A DNA stretch of 64,000 nt from an uncultured delta proteobacterium (lineage in GTDB: Bacteria; Myxococcota; Myxococcia; Myxococcales; Anaeromyxobacteraceae), in the NCBI GenBank assembly GCA_963814585.1, contig CAWFDF010000003.1, positions 160,001-224,000 of the forward strand, in the 5' to 3' direction. The notes below the pieces were generated by a model. It worked only from the letters and a program-made list of their open reading frames with translations. It was not told where the DNA came from and did not search any database. Numbering within the stretch: position 1 is the first letter of the stretch; each line of letters starts with the position of its first letter. The position numbers were made by a program, and so were the translations under genes. This document shows positions 1 through 9,318 of the stretch, piece after piece.

Positions 1-3000
1 GGCGCCGCTCAGCGGCCGCTGCCCGGTGATCCTCAAGACCGACATGACCCACCTGGCCAACAAGGGCGAGGGGCGCGAGCGGATCCTGGCCGGGCTGCTC
101 GACGCCGTCGCCGAGAACGTCGCAGGTGCTGATCAAGCCACGCCGCGGCCCGGCGCGGCTGGCGCTGGCCGGCGGCGTGGCCCGCGCCTCGCGGGTCCGC
201 GACCACTTCGACCGCTTCGCCCGCCGCCACGGCATGGTCCTCGACGGCTCGAGCGCCGACGACGGCCTCTACCTCGACGCGCTGGGCGCGGCCCTGGCCG
301 CCGTCGCCGGCGCGCGCCCGGCCGCCGCCGCTCGCCAGCCTCTTCCAGCCGGCGCCGGAGGGCCCCCTGGAGCGGCTGCCGCCGCTGTCGGCCTCGCTGG
401 CCCGCGTCCGCCGCCTGCCCCGAGCCCGCCGCGGGTGGCCCTCCGGCCGGGCGGCGCGACGCCGTGCTCGGCTTCGACATCGGCTCGACCGGCTCCAAGG
501 CGGTGCTCCTCGACGCCGAGACCCGCCAGCCGCTCTGGGAGGGCTACCTCCGCACCGACGGCGATCCGGTGGGCGCCGCCCAGCGCCTGGTGGAGCGGCT
601 GCTGCGCAGCGAGGCCGCCGCGCCACCGCGTGCTCGGCTTCGGCGCCACCGGCTCGCGGGCGCGAGATCGTCGGCTCGCTGCTGGCCACCTGCTACGGCG
701 GCGAGCGCGGTCTACGTGCTCAACGAGATCGCCGCCCACGCCGCCGGCGCGCTCCACGTCGACCCGCGCGTCGACACCATCTTCGAGATCGGCGGCCAGG
801 ACGCCAAGTACATCCGGCTGGACGGGCGGGCGCGTCGTCGACGCCGCCATGAACGAGGCCTGCTCGCGCCGGCACCGGCTCCTTCATCGAGGAGCAGGGC
901 GAGCCGCTTCCAGGGCGTCGAGACGTGACCCAGCTGGGCGAGGAGGCGCTGGCCGCCGCCGAGGGCGTGTCGCTCGGCCAGCACTGCTCGGTCTTCATGG
1001 CCGAGGTCATCGACGAGGCGGTGGCCGCGGGGCGTGGCGCGCGGCGCCGATCATGGCCGGGCATCTACGACTCGGTGATGGCCAGAACTACCTGAACCGC
1101 GTCAAGGGCACGCGCTCGGTCGGGCAGGTCATCTTCTGCCAGGGCATGCCCTTCGCCTCCGACGCGCTGGCCGCCGCGGTGGCGCGCCAGACCGGCGCCG
1201 AGGTGATCGTGCCGCCGCGCCCCGGGCTACAGTGGGCGCCATCGGCATCGCGCTGCTGGCGGCGGCCGAGCTGCCGCTGGCGGGGCGCGGCGCCCGCCGA
1301 CCTGGCGCGCCTTCCTCGCGGCGCGGGTCGACGCGCAAGGACCAGCTTCGTCTGCAAGTCGACGCAGGGCTGCGGCGGCGCCGGCAACAAGTGCCGCATC
1401 GACCGGCTGCACACCGACGTCGGGGGCGAGGCCAGGCGCTTCACCTGGGGTGGCGGCTGCTCGCTCTACGACCAGGGGACCCGGCCAGCGCAAGCTCCCC
1501 GACCTGGCGCCCGACCCGTTCCGCGAGCGGCGACGCCCTGGTGGCGGAGGTGGTGGACGGGCTGCCGCCGCCGCGGCGGGCGGCGGCGTGGTGGCGCTCA
1601 CCGACGAGTTCCAGCTCAAGGGGCTGCTTCCCCTTCTTCGCCACCTTCCTCCACGGGCTCGGGCTCGACGTGGCCGTGCGCGCCGGGCGCGCGACCAGGC
1701 CGCGCTCAAGCGCGGCATCGAGGAGGCGCAACGTCCCCTTCTGCGCGCCCATGCAGCAGTACCACGGCCTGGTCGCCGGCCTGGCCGAGCGCGGCCACGA
1801 CCTCCTCTTCGTGCCCGCTGCTGCGCGACCTGCCCCGGGTCGCCGGCGAGCGCACCTCCGCGGCTCTGCCCGATCGTGCAGGCGAGCGCCGGACATGCTG
1901 CGGCTCGGACCTCGGCCGGCCGAGGCGTCGGCGCGGCTGCTCTCGCCGGTGATCGACATCGGGCCGGAGGGCCTGGATCGAGCGAGTTCCTCGAGCGCTC
2001 CTGCCGGCGCGCTGGCCGCGTCGCTCGGCGTCGACCGGCGAGGCGGCCGTGGCCGGCGGCCTCTCGGCGGCGCCGCGCCGCGCCAGGCCGGCTTCGACGC
2101 GCGGCTGCCTGGCGCTCGGGCAGCGCGCGCTCGACTTCTGCCGGGCGCACGGCGTCACGCCGGTGGTGGTGCTCGGGCGCAGCTACACCATCCACAACGA
2201 CGTGCTCAACTCCAACGTGCCGGCCATCCTGCGCGAGCAGGGGGCCATCGGCATCCCGCTCGACTGCTACCCGGTGGCCGACGACGCGCCGGTCTTCGAC
2301 GACGTCTTCTGGGGCCACGGCCAGCGGATCCTGCGCGCCGCCCGGCAGGTCCGCCGCACCCCCGGCGTCTACGGCCTCTTCTGCTCCAACTACTCCTGCG
2401 GCCCCGACAGCTTCACCTCGCACTTCTGCGCCTACCTCATGGAGGGCAAGCCGTTCGCGGTCATCGAGACCGACGGCCACTCCGGCGACGCCGGCACCAC
2501 GACCCGCGTCGAGGCCTTCCTCCACTGCGTGCGGGAGGACCTGCGCCAGGGGCGCGGCGCCGAGCCCAACGACCCGGCCCGGCTGAACGTGCCGCGCCGG
2601 ACCCTCGGCGACGTGGCCGCGCGCGGCGAGCGGGTGCTGGTGCCGCCCATGGGGCCCGAGGCCGAGGCGCTGGTGGCCGGGCTGCGCGGGCTGGGGGTGG
2701 CGGCCGAGCTGCTGCCGCGCCCGACCCGCCAGACGCTCTCGCTGGGGCGGCGGCAGACCTCCGGCAAGGAGTGCCTGCCGCTGACCATCACGCTGGGCAG
2801 CCTGCTGGAGCGGCTGGAGCGGGCCGGACCCGGGGACCGGGCGCTTCGCCTTCTTCATGCCGGGCTCCGACGGCCCGTGCCGCTTCGGCGCCTACCGGCA
2901 GCTGCAGCAGCTGGTGCTCGACCGGCTCGGCTGGCGGGAGCGGGTCGCCATCTGGTCGCCGCCGCTGGGCGACTACTTCCGCGGCCTGCCGCCGGGCTTC

Positions 3001-3870
3001 GCCGCCATCGTCTACGCCGGCTTCTGCGCCTACGGGGCGCTGGAGGAGGCGCTCCACGACGTGCGGCCGGTCGAGGCCAGCCCGGGGGCCGCCGAGGCCA
3101 TCCACGCCGGCGCCTCGGCGCGCCTCTCCGCGCTGGTCGAGACCGCGGTGCGCGGCGACCTCTCGGCGGCGGCGGTGCTGCGCGAGGTCTCCACCGGGCG
3201 GGTCTGGTCCATCCCGCGGCTGGTGAACGAGGCGGCGCTGGCGCTGGCCGCCGTCAAGTCGCCGCGCCGCGTCCCCAGCGTGCTCCTCTCCGGCGAGATC
3301 TACGTGCGCTGCGACCCCTTCGCCAACGGCGAGGTGGCGCGGGCGCTGGAGCGGCGCGGGCTGCGCGTCAGGCTGGAGCCGCTCTCCGAGTTCATCCAGT
3401 ACACCGACTGGGTGGCGTGGAAGCGCGGCTGGAAGAGCGGGCTGCTGGCGCGGCTGGACCGCTGGCTGCGCGACCGGATCCTCCACCGCTGCCACGCCGC
3501 CGCGGCCGGGCCGCTCGGCCTGCCGCCGCCGCCGCCCATCGGCGACGCGGTGACCGCGGCCGGCGACTACCTGGACCACCACGTCGAGGTGGAGACCCTG
3601 CTCACCATCGGGGTGCCGGTGCGGGCCTGGCGCCGGGGCGAGGTCGACGCGGTGGTGAGCGTCGGGCCGCTGGAGTGCATGCCCAACAAGCTGGCCGAGG
3701 CGCAGCTCCACCACGTCGCCGAGCGCGAGGGGCTGCTCTCGCTCACCCTCTCCCTCAACGGGGACCCCCTCGACGAGGCGGCGCTCGACGGCTTCGCCTT
3801 CGAGGTGCACCGGCGGTTCGGCACGCCGGACGTGGTAGGGGTGGAGCCATGTCAGCCCCCGCCCCGCTGA
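1..3870 (+). CDS. Large acyl-CoA dehydratase activase-like protein (BadF/BadG/BcrA/BcrD ASKHA ATPase domains + DUF2229/dehydratase-like C-terminal part); 5'-partial, many apparent frameshifts in 1-2860
   Basis: Family motifs appear in the correct order but in shifting frames: ILKTDMTHLANKGE, GFDIGSTGSKAVL, LNEIAAHA, TIFEIGGQDAKYI, DAAMNEACS, FCQGMPF, VVLGRSYTIHNDVLN, NYSCGPDSF, ETDGHSGDAG, TSGKECLP, GPCRFGAY, GPLECMP. The last segment (2857-3870) is open. Confidence 0.75.
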
Positions 3871-4718
3871 GCTTCGAGCGGCCGCCCGCAGTCTGGCCGT
3901 GGCTGGCCAGGGCGGTCCTCTCCAGGCGGCCATCCCTGCTCGCCCCCGGTGAGACCATCCCGGCGCTGGAGGCCCGCCTGGCGCCGGCGGTGCCCGACAC
4001 CGCCCACCTCGAGGCCTACCGCGAGCTGTGCGGCTTCGAGCCCGACGAGCGGCTGCCCATCACCTACCCGCACGTGCTGGCCGGCTCGATCCACCTCGCC
4101 CTGCTCACCAGCGAGCGCTTCCCGCTCAAGGTGCTGGGGCTGGTCCACCTGCGCAGCCGCATCGAGGCCCGCCGCGCCATCGGCCAGCTCGAGCCCATCG
4201 ACCTGCGCTGCCGGGTCGACGGCCACCGCGAGACCGACCGCGGGCAGGAGTTCGACCTCCTCACCGAGGCCCGCGCCGGCGGCCAGGTGGCCTGGACCGA
4301 GACCTCGACGCTGCTGGCGCGCCGCCCCGGCTCCCGACCGCCTCGCCCGCCGCCCGGCCCGCTGGCGCCCCCCGGGGCCCGCGCCGCCGAGTGGATCCTG
4401 GGCGCCGACCTGGGGCGCCGCTACGCCAGGGTCTCCGGCGACTACAACCCCATCCACCTGAGCGGCGCCACCGCCCGCCTCTTCGGCTTTCGGCGCGCCA
4501 TCGCCCACGGCATGTGGACGCTGGCCCGGGCGGCGGCCGAGCTCCAGCCGCGGGTGGCCGGCGGCGCCACCGTGCTCGACGTGGCCTTCAAGCTGCCGGT
4601 GCTGCTCCCCGGCCGCGTCTGGTTCCGCGAGTGGCCGGAGGCGCGCGGCTTCGGCTTCGCGCTGCTCGACGCCGCCGGCGAGCGGCCCCACGCGGTGGGG
4701 ACGTTCGGGGCGGCGTAG
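3849..4718 (+). CDS. MaoC-family (double hotdog) acyl dehydratase / (R)-enoyl-CoA hydratase
   Basis: ATG at 3849 (MSAPAPLSFE). Hydratase motif YARVSGDYNPIHL...AIAHGMW, plus FKLPVLLPG. Overlaps the end of the upstream activase gene. Confidence 0.85.
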   Translation: MSAPAPLSFERPPAVWPWLARAVLSRRPSLLAPGETIPALEARLAPAVPDTAHLEAYRELCGFEPDERLPITYPHVLAGSIHLALLTSERFPLKVLGLVHLRSRIEARRAIGQLEPIDLRCRVDGHRETDRGQEFDLLTEARAGGQVAWTETSTLLARRPGSRPPRPPPGPLAPPGARAAEWILGADLGRRYARVSGDYNPIHLSGATARLFGFRRAIAHGMWTLARAAAELQPRVAGGATVLDVAFKLPVLLPGRVWFREWPEARGFGFALLDAAGERPHAVGTFGAA

Positions 4719-4865
4719 GGGCGGCGGGGCGCCGGGCGCGTGGAGACTGCCGGGGCGCCGTCGAGGACGTACGCCATCCGCGACCATGGCGTCTTCGCCC
4801 GGCGCGCCGGAGCCGGCCTGGTCCCCGAATCGGCGCCCAGGCCCGGCCGGCGTTAGCTTCCCCCC

Positions 4866-5564
4866 ATGTCCAAGCCCGAGCGCCCCTGGATCGTCACCCC
4901 CCACCGACCCATCGTGAAGCACGAGACCAACCTCTGGACCGTGGACGGGCGGCTGCCGGGGACGTCCGTCCCGCGTCGCATGGCCATGGTGCGGCGCCAG
5001 GACGGGACGCTGGTCTTCTATCACGCCATCCCGCTCGCCGAGGCGGCCCTGGCCGAGGTGCTGGCCTGGGGCCGGCCGGCCGAGCTGGTGGTGGGAAACG
5101 CCAGCCACGGCGCCGACGCCGACGCCTTCGCCAGGAAGCTGGGGGTGAAGATCTACGGCCCGCGCGCCGACGCCCCGCGGATGCGGGCCCGCTGGGAGCT
5201 GGCCGGCGCGCTGGAGGACCTGCCGGTCGATCCCACCGTCACCTTCGAGTCGGTGGCCGGCACCAAGGCCGGCGAGCCGGTCGAGCTGGTGCGGAGCGGC
5301 GACCGGCTCAGCCTGGTCTTCTGTGACGCCCTGCAGAACCATGGTGAGGACGGGCCGCTCATCACCCGGCTCCTCGGCTTCCGCGGTGGGCCGCGGGTGG
5401 TGCCGATCTTCAAGCTCCTCTTCACCAGCGACCGGGCGGCCCTCAAGGCCCACCTGCTCCGGCTCGCGGACCTCCCCGGGCTGGCACGGCTCATCCCCTG
5501 CCACGGCGCCATCGTCGAGCGCGACGCGCCGGCGGTGCTGCGCCAGGTGGCGGCGGGGCTCTGA
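4866..5564 (+). CDS. Metallo-beta-lactamase-fold protein (DUF4336-like)
   Basis: RRMAMVR..DGTLV, N-x-x-H (NASHG), LVFCD and RLIPCHG, matching the DUF4336/MBL-like pattern. Confidence 0.65.
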   Translation: MSKPERPWIVTPHRPIVKHETNLWTVDGRLPGTSVPRRMAMVRRQDGTLVFYHAIPLAEAALAEVLAWGRPAELVVGNASHGADADAFARKLGVKIYGPRADAPRMRARWELAGALEDLPVDPTVTFESVAGTKAGEPVELVRSGDRLSLVFCDALQNHGEDGPLITRLLGFRGGPRVVPIFKLLFTSDRAALKAHLLRLADLPGLARLIPCHGAIVERDAPAVLRQVAAGL

Positions 5565-5582
5565 CCGCGCGGAGGGGAGGCC

Positions 5583-5820
5583 TTGCCGATCTGGTTCGTC
5601 AGCGTGCTGGTCGACGGCCAGGAGGAGGCGCTGCGCCTCGACACCGGGGGGCTCGGCTTCACGAAGATGGCCGGCCTGCTCCTCGGCCAGGGCCAAGTCC
5701 TCCGCGGCGACGACGGGTTCGGTCCCGCAGTGGCGGGCGCCAGCAGGAACTCGAACCACGACGCCGACGTCATCGTCATCGGCTCCGGCATGGGAGGGCT
5801 GACCACCGCCGCACCCCACG
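5583..5820 (+). pseudogene. Fused gene remnants: VOC/glyoxalase N-terminus followed by a FAD-binding Rossmann N-terminus
   Basis: SVLVDGQEEALRLDTGGLGFTK resembles the VOC consensus SVxVDDQxKAxxFYTxxLGF. DADVIVIGSGMGGLTTAA is a GxGxxG dinucleotide-binding start with no continuation. Confidence 0.5.
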
Positions 5821-5966
5821 ACGGGTGCGGCACCGTGTCGCAATATACGCTGGAATTTCCTGTACTTGGACGCCACGGAGGTGTCGATTCGACTTGCGGT
5901 TCCATAGGGCCCGATTACCTGAGGTGGATGTTCCGTTGGCTTCAGCGGTGCGGGCGTTCCAGGGGC

Positions 5967-6641
5967 ATGGTGCTGGCGGTCCTCGCCGCGGCCATGGTCG
6001 GCCTCGTTCCCTCCAGCGCCACGGCCGACGCCGGCGGGCTGGCCTTGCGCCTCGACCCGACGATGGCCTCCGACCCCGCCAGGCCGGCCCCTCCTCCCGG
6101 CGCCCTCCGGGGCGCCCTGGAGGCGGCGCCACCGGACGCCGGCGCGCTCGACTTCGATCTGCTGGGCGAGGCCCCGGCGCCCACCGCCGGCCCGGACGCC
6201 GGTGCGCTCAGGACCCGCCGCACCATTCTCACGCTCCACCAGGGGCTCGGCATCGGACTGGTCGGCCTCTCGGTGGCGACCGTGGCCGTCGGCCAGCTCG
6301 ACTACAACGACAAGTTCAACGGTGGGCCGAACACTGGCAAGTACCGCGCGCCGCACGCGGTGCTCGCCTACACCACGGCCGGCGTCTTCGCCGTCACCGG
6401 CCTCACCGCGCTCCTGGCCCCGTCGCCGGTCGAGGCCCCGGCGACCCTGGATTGGGTCATGGTGCACCGCATCGCCCTCTTCACGGCCACCGCGGCCATG
6501 GCCGCCCAGGTGGGGCTGGGGATCTACACGGCCTCGCGCGAGGGCTACGTCGACCAGGCCGGCGTCGCCAAGGTCCACCTCGTCCTCGGCTACGTCACGC
6601 TGGCCGCCATCGCCGCCGGCGTCGGCGCGCTGGTCTTCTAG
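5967..6641 (+). CDS. Membrane protein with signal-like N-terminus and 4 His-bearing TM helices (possible b-type cytochrome)
   Basis: Four hydrophobic segments, each starting with His: LTLHQGLG, APHAVLAY, MVHRIALF, KVHLVLGY. Adjacent to a YceI gene. Confidence 0.55.
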   Translation: MVLAVLAAAMVGLVPSSATADAGGLALRLDPTMASDPARPAPPPGALRGALEAAPPDAGALDFDLLGEAPAPTAGPDAGALRTRRTILTLHQGLGIGLVGLSVATVAVGQLDYNDKFNGGPNTGKYRAPHAVLAYTTAGVFAVTGLTALLAPSPVEAPATLDWVMVHRIALFTATAAMAAQVGLGIYTASREGYVDQAGVAKVHLVLGYVTLAAIAAGVGALVF

Positions 6642-6649
6642 GAGAACTG

Positions 6650-7216
6650 GTGACCTCCCTCCTGCTCGCCCTGACGCTCGCCACCGGTGGCCCGGCCACG
6701 ACCAGCTGGGTGGTCGACCCGGCGGCCAGCACGGTCCGCTACCGGGTGGTCCACAAGCTCCACCAGGTCGACGGCGCCTCGAGCCGAATCGAGGGCAAGG
6801 CGTCGGTGCAGGCCAACGGGCACGTCATCACCATGCTCCGTGCACCCATCGACTCCTTCGACTCCGGGGATCGGAACCGGGACTCGCACCTGCTGGAGGT
6901 CATGGAATCGGCCACCCATCCCTTCGTGGTGGTCAAGGCTGCCGGGGCGCTGCCCCCGGGGACGGCGACGGTCGGTGCCCCGGCCTCGACGGCGCTGCTC
7001 CAGCTCGACGGGGCGGTCGAGTTGCACGGGGTCAAGCAGCCCATCTCGGTGCCGGTCGAGCTCGAGGTCCGCGGGGACGGCTCGGCACGGGCCCGGGGCG
7101 GCTTCGACGTCAGCCTGGAGGCGCATCGCGTCGAGAGACCCTCGCTGCTCTTCGTGAAGGTCGAAGATCGCTGCCGGATCGAGTTCGACCTGGCGCTCCA
7201 GGTGGCCTCGCCGTGA
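6650..7216 (+). CDS. YceI-like lipid/polyisoprenoid-binding exported protein
   Basis: GTG after GGAGA. Signal peptide, then WVVDPAASTVRY, SFDSGDRNRDSHL and VELHGVKQPI, typical of YceI. Confidence 0.85.
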   Translation: MTSLLLALTLATGGPATTSWVVDPAASTVRYRVVHKLHQVDGASSRIEGKASVQANGHVITMLRAPIDSFDSGDRNRDSHLLEVMESATHPFVVVKAAGALPPGTATVGAPASTALLQLDGAVELHGVKQPISVPVELEVRGDGSARARGGFDVSLEAHRVERPSLLFVKVEDRCRIEFDLALQVASP

Positions 7217-7641
7217 ACTGGATCGCCGCCACCGGGTTCTTGCTCCTGGCCGGCTGCATCCCGGAAGAGGGTCCGATGATGTCGCCCGGGGAGGACTGCC
7301 TCACCTGCCACCAGGGCGGCGAGGCCAGCCGGTGGAGCGTGGCCGGGACCGTCTACCCCGGCCTCGACTCGCCCTCGTTTGACGGCCTCCACGGGGCCAC
7401 CGTCACCGTCACCGACGCCACCGGGCGGACCATCTCGCTGCTGACCAACCTGGCCGGGAACTTCTACCTGGCCGACCCGCTCACCTTCCCGCTCAGCACC
7501 TCGGTGGCGGCGGGTGGCCAGACCCGGACCATGGGGGTGGCCGTCGCCTACGGGGGCTGCAACAGCTGCCACCGCCGGCCGGGGCGGGGGTGGGTTACGC
7601 CGTTTGCCCCGCCGTCGGCCGCGCTCGGGCCGGACGGCTAG
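7213..7641 (+). CDS. Small di-heme c-type cytochrome lipoprotein
   Basis: GTGA overlap with yceI-like gene. Lipobox LAGC and two CxxCH motifs (CLTCH, CNSCH) flanking a beta-sandwich-like segment (GATVTVTDATG...TNLAGNFY). Confidence 0.75.
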   Translation: MNWIAATGFLLLAGCIPEEGPMMSPGEDCLTCHQGGEASRWSVAGTVYPGLDSPSFDGLHGATVTVTDATGRTISLLTNLAGNFYLADPLTFPLSTSVAAGGQTRTMGVAVAYGGCNSCHRRPGRGWVTPFAPPSAALGPDG

Positions 7642-7727
7642 CCCCGCGGCCCGGTCCCGCCGTCCACCGTCGCCGAGTTCCCTCCGCTTCACCCGCAGCC
7701 AACCATCACCCGCATCGAGGTGCTCAC

Positions 7728-8426
7728 GTGAACCACCAGCCTGCCGCCGCCACCGCCTCCCGCCGTGCCGCGCCCTCCCCGTCGCTACCCTCCACCCGCT
7801 TGCTCTCCTCCGCCCTGGTGGGCGTGGTCGGGGCCGGCGGCCTGGCCGGCTGCACCAAGTCGGCCAATCCGGTCGACTGCGCGGCACCGACCTACAACAA
7901 CACCATCACCGGGACCCCCACCAACCCCATCCCCGCCGACCTCGCGGAGTTCACCGCCAGGTGCGACGCCCGGGGTGGCTTCGTCCAGACCCACGCCTGG
8001 TGCGCGGGCGCCAACAGCTGCAAGGGGCTCTCCCTGAGCTTCGGCGTGCTCACCGACCACTCCTGCAAGGGCATGAACACCTGCGAGGGGTTCAGCTGCG
8101 TCGACGGCGTCACCGACAAGGGCCTGACCGGCGCCTCCATCTACGCCACCTCCTGCAAGGGCTGCCACGGCGACGGGAAGTTCGTGGTCCTGGCCAGGGC
8201 CGGCAGTGCCGCAGAGCGGCTGGCGGCCTTCCAGGCCACCACGCCCGAGAACGCGCTCCGCCTCCTCTCGGTCGTCGCCTTCGGCACCCAGGGCCAGAAC
8301 GCCAACGGGACCGGGTACGCCAACATGCCCATCTTCAGGCAGCAGCTCTCCCGCCCCGAGCTCCAGCGGGTGGTGGACTACGCGCGAGCCCTCCCCGCCG
8401 AAGCCGCCGAGTACGTGGCCTGGTAG
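7728..8426 (+). CDS. Putative MNIO substrate: lipoprotein with bufferin-like Cys-repeat domain fused to a cytochrome c domain
   Basis: GTG after GAGGTG; lipobox LAGC (Cys42). Two CxGxNxCxG repeats (CAGANSCKG, CKGMNTCEG), then GASIYATSCKGCHG, a distal Met (ANMPIF) and LSRPELQRVVDY, typical of class I cytochrome c. Directly upstream of DUF692. Confidence 0.75.
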   Translation: MNHQPAAATASRRAAPSPSLPSTRLLSSALVGVVGAGGLAGCTKSANPVDCAAPTYNNTITGTPTNPIPADLAEFTARCDARGGFVQTHAWCAGANSCKGLSLSFGVLTDHSCKGMNTCEGFSCVDGVTDKGLTGASIYATSCKGCHGDGKFVVLARAGSAAERLAAFQATTPENALRLLSVVAFGTQGQNANGTGYANMPIFRQQLSRPELQRVVDYARALPAEAAEYVAW

Positions 8427-8436
8427 GCGCGGGGCG

Positions 8437-9318
8437 ATGGGGGCCCCGTCACCTGGTCCGACGGGGCCGTTGACCTCGCCGGGTCGCCAGCTCGATCCCC
8501 TGGCGCGCCGCGTGGCCCGCGACGCGCTCGGGATCGGCCTGCGACCGCAGCACTACCCCGAGTTCTTCGAGCAGTGGCCGGAGCTCGGCTACCTGGAGAT
8601 CATCAGCGACAACTTCATGGGGGCCGCGGCCCTCCCGCTCCGGCACCTGGAGCGGTTCCGGGAGCGCTACCCGATCGTGCTCCACGGCGTCGGCCTCAAC
8701 CTCCTGGGCGAGGCGCCCCTCGACGAGGCCTACCTCGACCGGCTGGCGCGGCTGGCCGACCGCGTCGACGCCCCGTTCGTCACCGATCACCTCTGCTGGA
8801 CCGGCGCCCACGGCATCTCGCACCACGACCTGCTCCCCGCCCCGTACCTCCCCGAGCTGGTCGAGCTGGCGGCCGAGCGGGCCGCGGCGGTCCAGCGGCG
8901 GCTTGGGCGGCCCTTCGGCATCGAGAACCTCTCCACCTACCTGGAGTTCACCACCTCGACGATGACCGAGTGGGAGTTCTACACCTCGGTGGTGAAGGCC
9001 TCGGGCTGCTGGTTCATGCTCGACGTCAACAACGTCTACGTCTCCAGCGTCAACCACGGCTTCGATCCCCGCGCCTACCTGCGCGCCATCGACCCCTCGA
9101 GGGTGCTGCAGGTCCACCTGGCCGGGCACTCGGTGGAGGCCGACGGCACCATCGTCGACACCCACGACCACCCGGTCTGCGACGAGGTCTGGCGCCTCTA
9201 CGCCGAGACCTGGCGCGCCGGCGGGCCATTCCCCACCCTGCTCGAGTGGGACGGCCGAATCCCGCCGCTGCGGGAGGTGGTTGGCGAACTCGAGAAGGCG
9301 CTGGAGGTCCGCCGGTGA
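8437..9318 (+). CDS. Multinuclear non-heme iron-dependent oxidative enzyme (MNIO, DUF692/UPF0276; MbnB/TglH/BufB-like)
   Basis: GIGLRPQH, EIISDNFM, HGVGLNL, TDHLCW, ENLSTY, LDVNNVY, VHLAGH, DTH and LLEWD: the full DUF692 iron-ligand set. Confidence 0.95.
   Translation: MGAPSPGPTGPLTSPGRQLDPLARRVARDALGIGLRPQHYPEFFEQWPELGYLEIISDNFMGAAALPLRHLERFRERYPIVLHGVGLNLLGEAPLDEAYLDRLARLADRVDAPFVTDHLCWTGAHGISHHDLLPAPYLPELVELAAERAAAVQRRLGRPFGIENLSTYLEFTTSTMTEWEFYTSVVKASGCWFMLDVNNVYVSSVNHGFDPRAYLRAIDPSRVLQVHLAGHSVEADGTIVDTHDHPVCDEVWRLYAETWRAGGPFPTLLEWDGRIPPLREVVGELEKALEVRR

Noticed and set aside
1..2860. Dense frameshifts suggesting a decaying pseudogene
   Set aside because: Motifs are otherwise intact and the indel density falls off away from the window start, which fits low-coverage or long-read consensus error. 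Cannot be settled without reads.
7728..7850. Tat signal (SRR) in the MNIO precursor
   Set aside because: SRRAAP lacks the S/T-R-R-x-F-L consensus and lies far from the hydrophobic core. A c-type cytochrome lipoprotein normally uses Sec.
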